The position numbers and the translations under genes were made by a program. A stretch of 46,200 nucleotides of DNA from Chlamydiia bacterium (GTDB lineage: Bacteria > Chlamydiota > Chlamydiia > Chlamydiales > JBMOFD01). The notes beneath the pieces are model-generated. The model was not told where the DNA came from. It did no database searches and saw only the letters and a list, made by a program, of their open reading frames with translations. The DNA lies in assembly GCA_049314435.1 (NCBI GenBank), contig JBMOFD010000003.1:1-46200 (forward strand). The letters are read 5' to 3'. Positions 35,809 through 44,185 of the stretch are shown in pieces (the first letter of the stretch is position 1; each line of letters begins with the position of its first letter).

Positions 35809-36315
35809 ATGTCTGCCCAGACGCTGTTCCCGACCATCAGGACGGGGATCGGTCGTGAAGGTCATCGGTTTCTCCCTATGGAATCGACCAAGTTCTGTGT
35901 GATTGGGGGAATTCTGTTCGAGGATTGTCCTGGATTGGCAGCCGACTCAGATGGCGACGTGGTCTTCCATGCCCTGTGCAACGCGATCACCTCGCTCACA
36001 GGGGTATCGATCCTTGCCGGCATCGCTGAAGATCTTTGCCATAAGGACGGGATCACCGACAGCCAGGTCTATCTTGAAGCCGCTCTAAAGACCATGGGTC
36101 GTCAGAAGATCACCCACGTGGCCATCGCTATTGAAGGCAAGCGCCCCGACCTACAAGATCGTTTGTCAGAGATGAAGACCAAAATAGCCGCGATCATGGG
36201 ACTGCAACCCAGCCAAGTGGGCATTACAGTCAGCAGCGGAGACGGGTTAACCGACTTTGGATGTGGTGAAGGGGTGCAGGCCTTTGCCTGTGTAACCACG
36301 CAAGAGAACGTTTAG
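35809..36315 (+). CDS. ispF: 2-C-methyl-D-erythritol 2,4-cyclodiphosphate synthase
   Basis: IRTGIGREGHRF, IGGI, SDGDVVFHALCNA, GITDS, GDGLTDFGCGEGV; ATG at 35809 after GAGGT; next to cysJ as in Chlamydia. Confidence 0.88.
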   Translation: MSAQTLFPTIRTGIGREGHRFLPMESTKFCVIGGILFEDCPGLAADSDGDVVFHALCNAITSLTGVSILAGIAEDLCHKDGITDSQVYLEAALKTMGRQKITHVAIAIEGKRPDLQDRLSEMKTKIAAIMGLQPSQVGITVSSGDGLTDFGCGEGVQAFACVTTQENV

Positions 36316-36335
36316 GGCCTTTCCAGACGGGATGT

Positions 36336-36377
36336 CTGAAGGGTAAAACCTTCAGCGGGTGCAGGGCGCTGCCCTGC
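36336..36377 (+). repeat. Dispersed double-hairpin element, copy D
   Basis: CTGAAGG-GTAAAA-CCTTCAG, CGGGT, GCAGGGC-GCT-GCCCTGC; 2 nt past the cysJ stop. Confidence 0.55.
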
Positions 36378-36379
36378 TG

Positions 36380-37528
36380 CTAGTACACGTCTTCGAGGTA
36401 CTGCTGCTCACTCTTGTAGCGGCGTAACCAAGCAGAGGCATCCTCTGGTGAGAGCCCTCCATGCTGCTGGGCGATCTGGAGGAAAGCTCGCTGCACATCC
36501 TTGGCCATGGCCGTGGCATCGCCGCAGACGTAGATGCGAGCCCCTTTTTGTATCCAGGACCAGATCTCAGCTCCTGCCTCGAGGAGGAGGTGCTGCACGT
36601 AGACCTTGTGCTCCTGGTCACGCGACCAGGCTAGGCTGAGTCGACAGTGCCCCTGATCTCTCCATCCCAGGAGCTCTTCTTGGTAGTAGAAGTCGGTGTT
36701 GGAGTGGCGCTCGCCAAAGAAGAGCCAGTTCTGGCCCGAAGCCCCGGAGGCAATGCGATGCTGGAGGAAGGCTCGGAAGGGTGCTAGGCCTGTACCAGGT
36801 CCGATCATGAGGATCGGGTGGTCGGGATCATCAGGCAGGTGAAAGTGCTTGGTAGGGAAGAGGAACATCGGGATTCGATCGCACCCAGGAGAACATCCCT
36901 CAGAGAGGAAGTGGCTGCACACCCCATGACGCTGGTGTCCATGAGCCAGGAAGCTCACATCAGCCACGGTGAGGTGCACGTGATGCGGATCGTGGGCTAG
37001 GCTGTTGGCAATGGAGTAGAACCTCGGCAGGAGCAGGGGAAGGCTCTCTAGAATCCGGCGCGGATCAACTGAACTCGGGAAGGCCTTAAGAAGATCCCAA
37101 ACGGCACGTCCCTCAAGGTAGGCATCAAGGAGATGATGCTGCTCTGGATCGAGAAGTTGAGCCAGTAGGTCTCGGGAGCCGAGGGCTGGGGCGCTCTCCT
37201 GGATGAGCTGAAGGATCCGGCGACTCCCCTTATGGATCTGCAATCGGTGGGTGAGAAGCTCTTGAGCAGGGAGCTGCTCCCCTGTCTTTCGGTCGGTTAC
37301 GAGTAGGTCTGCTGATAGACCCAGGGCCTTTAGCGTCTGATCGACGAGGGAAGCCTGATTCTTGGCGAGGATCCCGATCGCATCACCGGGACGATGGTGC
37401 CAGCCACTTCCCTCCACACTGAGCTCGAGATGCCAGGTGGCTCGGGTCGATCCCGGGCTCGTCAGCGGCGTGCGCCGGACAAGGGGAGCTAACAGAGGAT
37501 GGGCTTTAGTATAGGTCATCGTGCTCAT
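36380..37528 (-). CDS. cysJ: Sulfite reductase flavoprotein-like FAD/NADPH oxidoreductase without a flavodoxin domain
   Basis: PRFYSIA, GVCSHFL, MIGPGTGLAPFRAF, WLFFGER, AWSRDQ, YVQH, YVCGDA, YLEDVY. Confidence 0.85.
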   Translation of the reverse strand: MSTMTYTKAHPLLAPLVRRTPLTSPGSTRATWHLELSVEGSGWHHRPGDAIGILAKNQASLVDQTLKALGLSADLLVTDRKTGEQLPAQELLTHRLQIHKGSRRILQLIQESAPALGSRDLLAQLLDPEQHHLLDAYLEGRAVWDLLKAFPSSVDPRRILESLPLLLPRFYSIANSLAHDPHHVHLTVADVSFLAHGHQRHGVCSHFLSEGCSPGCDRIPMFLFPTKHFHLPDDPDHPILMIGPGTGLAPFRAFLQHRIASGASGQNWLFFGERHSNTDFYYQEELLGWRDQGHCRLSLAWSRDQEHKVYVQHLLLEAGAEIWSWIQKGARIYVCGDATAMAKDVQRAFLQIAQQHGGLSPEDASAWLRRYKSEQQYLEDVY

Positions 37529-37634
37529 GAGGCATCTAGTATAGCTGGCGCATGGGGGTAGCGTCCAAAGTTTTCAGGGTATGTTTGTAAAGAACTTCAT
37601 TCAATAGAGGCCAATTCTAGGCAGAAACAGGAGG

Positions 37635-37678
37635 GCTGGAGGATGGAATCCTCCAGCTGAGGTCCGGAGCGGAGCTCC
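37635..37678 (+). repeat. Dispersed double-hairpin element, copy E
   Basis: GCTGGAGGAT-GGA-ATCCTCCAGC, TGAGGTCC, GGAGC-GGA-GCTCC; 9 nt past the gltX stop. Confidence 0.6.
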
Positions 37679-37687
37679 AGAAAAGAA

Positions 37688-39205
37688 CTAGACCGGCATC
37701 GGGACAGCTGCTACCGCTCCCCATTGACCTGACTTCCAAGCCTTGGAAAGGAGATCGGTCTGCTTGGATGAGACGCCACCGCAGACTTCCATCGCTGTGA
37801 GGAAGCGAGCGCGGCAACGGTCTTTGCCTAGGATGGCAAAGCTGTCGAAGAAAGGCGGTCCTGCGCGCTGGCCGGTGATGGCAGCAAAGAGGATCGGCAT
37901 GACGACTTTCTTGTGAGAGACGTTGAACCAAGTGGCGACTTGGCGAGAGGTCTCGTCGATCGACTGACGTCCCCAATCCTCACGACGGTCCAACTCCCAC
38001 AGAATGACCTGCATGATGTTAGCCGTGAGGGTTGGTGTGGCCTGCTTGGGCACCACCAACTCTTCAGTGACGTGCAGGTCGTTCACGAAGAAGAACTGAC
38101 AGAGGTCCATGAAGTCGCCAAACGTCTTGATCCTAGTGTGGGCCAAGGGCATCAGCTTCTCCATGAAGACATCGTTGAAGAGCCAGCCCTTCATGCGAAG
38201 CCAGAGCTGATCCTGAGGGATGAGCTTAATGAGATACTGCTGATTGATCCAATCGAGCTTCTGCACGTCAAAGAAGGCCCCGCTTGTCCCAATGCGTGTG
38301 GGATCAAAGAGGTCGATGATCTCCTGACGGGAGTAGATCTCCGTATTGTCAGGCATCGAATAGCCCATCAAGGTAAGGAAATTGCAGAAAGCCTCAGGTA
38401 GGTACCCGGCATCTCGGAAGTAGAAGATGGAGGTTGGATTGCGGCGCTTCGAGAGCTTCCGGCCATCCTTTCCAAGGAGAAGAGGCATGTGCATGAAGAT
38501 GGGAGCCTGCCAGCCAAACGCTTCGTAGAGATAGATGTGCTTGGGGGTGGAGCTCATCCACTCATCCCCACGGATCACGTGGGTGATCTTCATCAGGTGG
38601 TCATCGACCACGTTGGCGAGGTGGTAGGTAGGGAATCCGTCGCTCTTCAGGAGGACCTGATCGTCGATGTCTGCCCAAGGGCAGGTGAGGCGACCCTTCA
38701 CAGCGTCGTGATAGACACATTCGCCGGAGGTGGGAACCTTCAGTCGTAGAGTATAGGGTTTTTTGTCGGCCAAACGCTGAGCGATCTCAGGTTCGGTGAG
38801 ATGACGGCAGCGACGGTCATAGCCTTGACGCTGTCCCATCTTGCTCGCGACTTCACGCATCTCATCGAGATCCCCCGCCGTGCAGAAGCAGCGATAGGCC
38901 TTGCCCTGATCGAGGAGCTGCTGAGTATATTCCCGATAGATCTCGGTACGCTCAGATTGGCGGTAGGGACCATAGGGCCCTCCGACATCAGGACCCTCAT
39001 CCCACTGGATGCCACACCAGTGGAGTGCATCGAAGATCGAGGTCTCATATTCCGGACGACTGCGCGTCTGATCGGTATCCTCAATGCGTAGGATGAACTG
39101 GCCACCAAAATGGCGAGCAAAGATGAGGTTGAACAGCGCCATGTAGGCTGTGCCTACATGGGGATCCCCCGTGGGGGAAGGGGCGATACGAACGCGAACG
39201 GTCAT
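37688..39205 (-). CDS. gltX: Glutamate--tRNA ligase
   Basis: RVRIAPSPTGDPHVGT, LRIEDTD, PYRQSER, PTYHLANVVDD, HVIRGDEW, KLSKR; ATG at 39205. Confidence 0.98.
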   Translation of the reverse strand: MTVRVRIAPSPTGDPHVGTAYMALFNLIFARHFGGQFILRIEDTDQTRSRPEYETSIFDALHWCGIQWDEGPDVGGPYGPYRQSERTEIYREYTQQLLDQGKAYRCFCTAGDLDEMREVASKMGQRQGYDRRCRHLTEPEIAQRLADKKPYTLRLKVPTSGECVYHDAVKGRLTCPWADIDDQVLLKSDGFPTYHLANVVDDHLMKITHVIRGDEWMSSTPKHIYLYEAFGWQAPIFMHMPLLLGKDGRKLSKRRNPTSIFYFRDAGYLPEAFCNFLTLMGYSMPDNTEIYSRQEIIDLFDPTRIGTSGAFFDVQKLDWINQQYLIKLIPQDQLWLRMKGWLFNDVFMEKLMPLAHTRIKTFGDFMDLCQFFFVNDLHVTEELVVPKQATPTLTANIMQVILWELDRREDWGRQSIDETSRQVATWFNVSHKKVVMPILFAAITGQRAGPPFFDSFAILGKDRCRARFLTAMEVCGGVSSKQTDLLSKAWKSGQWGAVAAVPMPV

Positions 39206-39350
39206 CAAATTGACGCGACGGAACCCCCACCGCTTGGATGCAAACGCAGGGGGGAGCCGCGCTCCCTTCAAATGGTTAAAATAACGCCCACAGCCTCTAC
39301 TAGGGTGGTGCCGCTCTGGGCGGCCTCACTCTAGTGGAAGGACTTTAGTC

Positions 39351-41369
39351 CTAGATCTCGACGGCCATGCAGCGAGGCCCGCCCTGAAAGAGGACCAGGT
39401 CGCGCAGAACATTGAGAGCTTCCTGGAGTTGGTGATCCTCCACAGGATGCTCGTCATCGCCGAGTTCATCAGGGTGGGATTTCAGCGTTTCCAAGAAGTG
39501 CTGGTAAGCGCGGTTATTAGTTTGCCTTTTTACAGAATTGGCGCGAAGAGCATCGATGATCGGCAGTAGGGCGACCTCCTTCTTCTGCAAGTGAGCGCGG
39601 TACTTGGGGCCTACTGCAACCCTTTGGATGATGCCCAGGTCAGCCAGTTGATCGATGTAGTTGGGTTCGATGCAGTCCGACTCAAGAGGGTACTGCTCAT
39701 GCTTTTCCCCGAGCTTCATTTCGCTGAGAACGCCTGGGATGACGATGTCCGCTTCGACGCCAAGCATTTGGGGGCTACGTCCCGACACGGTGTAATACCG
39801 TCCCCGTGTGACCTTGTATTCCCCTTGAGGGTTCACCTGGTTTTCTCGTGAGGAATCAAGAGTGAAGGTTTGGAAGGTGCCCTTCCCATAGGTGTGATCA
39901 TCCCCTACAACAATCGCCCTGCCCCAGTCCTGTAGTGTTTGCGCTACAATCTCAGCGGCCGAAGCGCTCGAGCGGTCTGTCAGGATTACGAGGGGACCTC
40001 GGTATTGGCAGGTTCCCTCAAAATCGCGCAGATGTTGGACCTCGCCATCGCTATTCTTGATCGAGCAGACAATCCCTTTGTCTATGAAGAGACCGGCGAC
40101 TTCGACAGCTTGAGGAAGGAGCCCCCCCCCATTGCGGCGCAAGTCGAGGAGAACCCCTTCGAGGCAATGCTCTTTGGAGATCTCTTGTAAGACCTTGGCT
40201 AAGTCAGCCGCAGAATCGGTATTGGGATCCGCATAGAAGGCATGAAGATGTAGCTGAGCCAGGACTCCCTGACCAAAGGGGATCACTTGTGAATCAAAGC
40301 GCTGATCCTTCAGAACGACCTCGTCTCGTGTGACTGGAATCGCTAGGATCTCAGTGCGAGTGCCTGCATCGTCCATCACAGAACGCATGATTGTGAGGCT
40401 GACTTCGGTATGGGCCGGACCTCGGATTAGGTCCACGGCATCGGTCATGTCCATGCCAACAACCGGTTCTCCATTCACGGCAATGATCTTATCCTTGGCC
40501 TTCAGACGGCCTCCGCGATCCCCCGGCCCTCCCTCAATCAATTTCACAATGGTCAGACCGTCGAGGTCATCACGTAGCTGAGCGCCGATTCCATGTAGGC
40601 GCTGCTGTACTTGGATCAGGAACTGCTGTGCCTCACCAGGAGTGAAATAAGCGGTGTGCGTATCTAAGCTCCGGGCTACGGCCTTCATGAGCTTCGATAG
40701 GAAGAAGGCCATGCCGTCAGGCGTCTTGAGCGATGCATACTGCTGCTCTTGCATGGCGCGTCGCTTCTGGATCCTCGCTAACATCTGTTCAACAGGCTCG
40801 TCCGATTTCCATTGGCTTGCTGTGTCGAGCTGAATACCACGTAGCTGGCGGAGGCGTTCTGAGAGCTCCTCAGGCGTCTGCGCCCATGGGAGATCCTTGA
40901 AATCCTCAGCCTTTAAACCCTTGGGTAGGACCTGACCATCCAAAGCGAGCTCGAATGCCTGCCGGCGCTCGATCGCTTCCAGCATGCGCTGGTAGATCTC
41001 TTCAAAGGGACCGAAGCGAGCCGAACGGAACCCATCTAAGACTTGCTGAGTCAGAGCGCTATCAGGATGGAGGGCGTCGTCGATCTCTAGCTCGATGAAG
41101 TAGAGTTTGTAGGGGTCCAGCTCCTGAAGGAAGGAGTCTAAGATCCGCTGAGCCAACGTCGGGCTGAGCGTCTTATGGCTGGCGTGCGCATGGAGAATCT
41201 CCCGGACTTTACCGGGGACATCCTGGGGAGAGATCGTGGGGAGCTTATTGGCCGCGCCTAAACATCCGAGCATGCCTATGCCCAGGATGAGACCCATCCG
41301 AAGAGAGTGGAATCCAAACAGCATGTTAGCCCTTACCTGCCAAAGCATAGATACGCCCTCGAGCTCCAA
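39351..41369 (-). CDS. tsp: Tail-specific protease (S41A peptidase with PDZ domain)
   Basis: LDPYK, LDTHTAY, GIGAQL PDZ, DLRRNGGG, SASAAE (Ser), TYGKGT (Lys); true start probably one of the downstream Mets before the signal-like segment. Confidence 0.93.
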   Translation of the reverse strand: MELEGVSMLWQVRANMLFGFHSLRMGLILGIGMLGCLGAANKLPTISPQDVPGKVREILHAHASHKTLSPTLAQRILDSFLQELDPYKLYFIELEIDDALHPDSALTQQVLDGFRSARFGPFEEIYQRMLEAIERRQAFELALDGQVLPKGLKAEDFKDLPWAQTPEELSERLRQLRGIQLDTASQWKSDEPVEQMLARIQKRRAMQEQQYASLKTPDGMAFFLSKLMKAVARSLDTHTAYFTPGEAQQFLIQVQQRLHGIGAQLRDDLDGLTIVKLIEGGPGDRGGRLKAKDKIIAVNGEPVVGMDMTDAVDLIRGPAHTEVSLTIMRSVMDDAGTRTEILAIPVTRDEVVLKDQRFDSQVIPFGQGVLAQLHLHAFYADPNTDSAADLAKVLQEISKEHCLEGVLLDLRRNGGGLLPQAVEVAGLFIDKGIVCSIKNSDGEVQHLRDFEGTCQYRGPLVILTDRSSASAAEIVAQTLQDWGRAIVVGDDHTYGKGTFQTFTLDSSRENQVNPQGEYKVTRGRYYTVSGRSPQMLGVEADIVIPGVLSEMKLGEKHEQYPLESDCIEPNYIDQLADLGIIQRVAVGPKYRAHLQKKEVALLPIIDALRANSVKRQTNNRAYQHFLETLKSHPDELGDDEHPVEDHQLQEALNVLRDLVLFQGGPRCMAVEI

Positions 41370-41602
41370 AAGGAGAATTCATACCCCCCTGCCCGATTCG
41401 CCTCAGACTACCGGCTCTCACCGGAGTCGTCAATCCGGCTCCAAAGTGGTGGAAATATTAAGAAAAAGGGCTCGAAATTCTTCCACTGACCCTTCATTTT
41501 TACGAAATAAAGACATGTCCCTTAATGGCATGGTTTGACCAGAAAACGACTTCAAAAGCCTCTCTACAAGGGGTCATGCATTCAATTGTTAAGATTTTTT
41601 TG

Positions 41603-41638
41603 TAAATACTTGGTTTAAATACTTTTATATGAGATAAT
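41603..41638 (+). promoter_or_regulatory. Sigma66-type promoter of euo with a flanking direct repeat
   Basis: TTGGTT-17 bp-GATAAT in an AT-rich island; TAAATACTT at 41603-41611 and 41616-41624. Confidence 0.55.
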
Positions 41639-41752
41639 GATTATTCCGAGGCGCGGCAAGTGGTTGTGGACCACAGTCTTGCAAGGTCCGCGGCGTCGCG
41701 TGCCCCAGGGAATGGGGCGAAACAGTCATTGAAAAGAACAGGAGAGGAATCC

Positions 41753-42244
41753 ATGCAACAAGAGGAAGCAGGGGTGCTGTCACCGCAAGGTGGAGAGCAG
41801 AGCGGTCAAGATCTGAAGGTCGTATCGATCACAGAAGCTGCACGTCTCAACAAGGTGACGCGTCAAGCCATCTATGTGGCCATTAAGCAAAAAAAATTGA
41901 AGGCCCGCAAAGACCGTACGCGATGGACGATCAGTCTTGATGATCTGAACGAGTATCGGTCTAACAAGTACAGCCGAGCCAAGTCGATGTTCAATGGCGA
42001 GCTCGTATTTGATAACATCCGAGGGTACTACTCGGTGAATCAGGTAGCGAAGATGCTGGGCGTTCCAGCTCAAAAAATCTACTACGCAACTCGAGTAGGT
42101 CTATTGAAGGCGACCCGTAAGGGAGCAGCTTGGGTGATCCATGCCCAGGACGTGAGTGAATATAAGGCTAACTACCTAGAGCGTGCGGCTGAACAGCAGC
42201 GAGCTCGCGGGGCTGAACGAGGAACTGGGACACAACAAGCCTAG
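41753..42244 (+). CDS. euo: Chlamydial developmental transcription repressor EUO
   Basis: Two HTH repeats (VVSITEAARLNKVTRQAIYVAIKQKKLKA; YYSVNQVAKMLGVPAQKIYYATR), NKYSRAKS linker; ATG at 41753 after GGAGAGG; near gltX, tsp and recJ. Confidence 0.95.
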   Translation: MQQEEAGVLSPQGGEQSGQDLKVVSITEAARLNKVTRQAIYVAIKQKKLKARKDRTRWTISLDDLNEYRSNKYSRAKSMFNGELVFDNIRGYYSVNQVAKMLGVPAQKIYYATRVGLLKATRKGAAWVIHAQDVSEYKANYLERAAEQQRARGAERGTGTQQA

Positions 42245-42270
42245 TCCTCCTCACAATCGTAAAAAAAATG

Positions 42271-42308
42271 AACCGCACTCCCCCCCTCCGGAGAGTGCGG
42301 TTTTTTTC
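42271..42308 (+). terminator. Intrinsic terminator of euo
   Basis: AACCGCACTC...GAGTGCGGTT stem running into a T7 tract, preceded by an A tract. Confidence 0.85.
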
Positions 42309-42547
42309 TTTAATGGAGAGCTCTGCTGCAGAAGGTGCTTCCTGATAAGATCGTAACTTTTTGTTTAAAGTAATGAAAGATCGTCCAATTGATGTGGCTA
42401 AATTGTTCAACATTGATCGTAAATGTTAAACTGGCTGTTGAAAGTACATTTTAGATTACGGGAGTATGATCAATCGAATCTCTAGTACTTAGCGGTCCTC
42501 TGACACCGATAGGTCAGTCCAGCATCCTTCGTGAGGAGGGCCTGCAT

Positions 42548-44008
42548 TTGCCAGTGAGCTCGAAGAAGGAGCCTCTCTCGCGTGAGCAGATGCTGCGGCA
42601 CATGGCTGAGCAGATTCTCTCTCAGCCTAAGTCCATTTCCTTATGGGGATGGATTTGGGGTGAGAGTGAGGAGGAGCCTGACGGGGAAGAGCTCGATCTG
42701 AGAGTCGAGGCGCTCTACCAGCGGTTGAGTCCGGCCTGTATGGGCTATCAATCGGAAGAACGTTTGAAATGGGATCGCGGGCTCGAAGAGGAGTTGAACA
42801 AGGCGGGTAAAAATCAGCCCGTTCTCGGTGGAACCTTCGACCTGGAGCAGCAAGGCTATCCCATCTGGCGAGCTCAGGAGCGAGACTGGTTGGCAAGGGT
42901 CTACGATTGGTGTCCCGACAGCATGGAGGGGCTCCATGGTATGGATCGTTCGTTTGATGATCACCTTCTCTGTGCTGCAGAAGTGCTATCCCTGGAGTCG
43001 GCCTACCATGATCTAGGCAAAGATAAGATCCGCAGTCTCTGGGTAGGAGGGGAGTTACGCAGCTATCAGGTTACGGTCATCCCATTGGTGGGCGGCATCG
43101 AAGCCTATGGGCTCACACCGATCAGCCTAACAGGTGAGGACGTGCCTTTGGATGTCCCTGCACTTCTACTCTTCAAAGGCACCTCCACTGACACGGCCTC
43201 GAAGGGCTCGGGCTTTACGGTGACTCTTGATCTTGACTGGGATGGCGTGGCCAAAAATTTCTATGACCTTGAGGTGCATCAGCAAGCTCGTCAGTTTATG
43301 AAGCAGATGGCTGAACTGGGGTTCAAGGTGGTGACCTGTGGGCATAGTATGGGTGGGGCTTTGGCGACCTACACAGGCATCTACAACCCAGATCTTGTGA
43401 CCAAGGTCTACACCTTCAATCCGCCAGCTGTGGCGCGATCCGCCGAAGTAGAATATAAGCGGCTGAAGAATGAAGAAAACAAGGGTCAGGTGAGGGTCCC
43501 TCTGATCTGGAACTTCATTAACACATTGGATCCTGTGCCCTACACGGGTCAGGAAGCTGTGGGGCAGGACTTCTTCGTTCAGCCTTGCGAAGAGTTCATC
43601 GACGAATGCCATCAACGAGTGGCCTCGATGGGTGACTATGTCTTCCGTTGGATCTGCGGATTCCCGCTACACACCTCTAAAGTGCACGGTAGGATGATGT
43701 TCGGTCGTCCACATATCCTTATAAAGGGCAGGAGAGAATTATCGAAATGGCGTGGCCTGCTCCTCATCGGACAGTTGATTCTCTGGCCCTCGGTCTCTCT
43801 GCTGGTGGGTATCAAGCGTATTATTATTGGGCACCGATCAGCCACCAGTCTCTCCTATGCCGTCAGCTGGGTCCACAAACTGCTGGATGGTATCGCTGGC
43901 CTTATTCTCACCCTCTTGGAAGCTCTTATCCGGCTGCTTCCGCAGCGATTTATAGGGCCGGCTGAGCCAACTCAGGCTTCTCCTCAGTCAGACGCGAATA
44001 TCTCCTGA
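42548..44008 (+). CDS. Alpha/beta hydrolase, class 3 lipase-like, with C-terminal hydrophobic helices
   Basis: LLFKGT, VTCGHSMGGALA, YTFNPP, INTLDPVP, downstream His candidates; TTG start 8 nt after GAGGAGG. Confidence 0.85.
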   Translation: MPVSSKKEPLSREQMLRHMAEQILSQPKSISLWGWIWGESEEEPDGEELDLRVEALYQRLSPACMGYQSEERLKWDRGLEEELNKAGKNQPVLGGTFDLEQQGYPIWRAQERDWLARVYDWCPDSMEGLHGMDRSFDDHLLCAAEVLSLESAYHDLGKDKIRSLWVGGELRSYQVTVIPLVGGIEAYGLTPISLTGEDVPLDVPALLLFKGTSTDTASKGSGFTVTLDLDWDGVAKNFYDLEVHQQARQFMKQMAELGFKVVTCGHSMGGALATYTGIYNPDLVTKVYTFNPPAVARSAEVEYKRLKNEENKGQVRVPLIWNFINTLDPVPYTGQEAVGQDFFVQPCEEFIDECHQRVASMGDYVFRWICGFPLHTSKVHGRMMFGRPHILIKGRRELSKWRGLLLIGQLILWPSVSLLVGIKRIIIGHRSATSLSYAVSWVHKLLDGIAGLILTLLEALIRLLPQRFIGPAEPTQASPQSDANIS

Positions 44009-44185
44009 TCATCAGGCTTCTTCGAAAAAATCCCTGATCTTCGACGTTCTAAGAGACATCATTCTTCAGCCATCAGCCAACCGCTGGCGTGAGCAGCGTA
44101 GGTAACTATTACCAAGCGATCTGCCATATGGAGCTGTAGCAATAGCCAGAGGCTATAGCTGCACGCCCCATATATCGGGAAGAGC

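Noticed and set aside
36380..37528. CysJ-like protein without a flavodoxin domain considered as a pseudogene
   Set aside because: The ORF is intact, has a TATACT box upstream and keeps all FAD/NADPH motifs; chlamydial homologs are similarly short
42466..42547. ATG at 42466 reads MINRISST-stop; removing one T near 42489 would fuse it in frame to the lipase and give an effector-like N-terminus
   Set aside because: The TTG at 42548 has a well-spaced GAGGAGG SD, while the upstream ATG has only 1 nt after GGGAG. A frameshift is not needed; raw reads or homolog N-termini would settle it.
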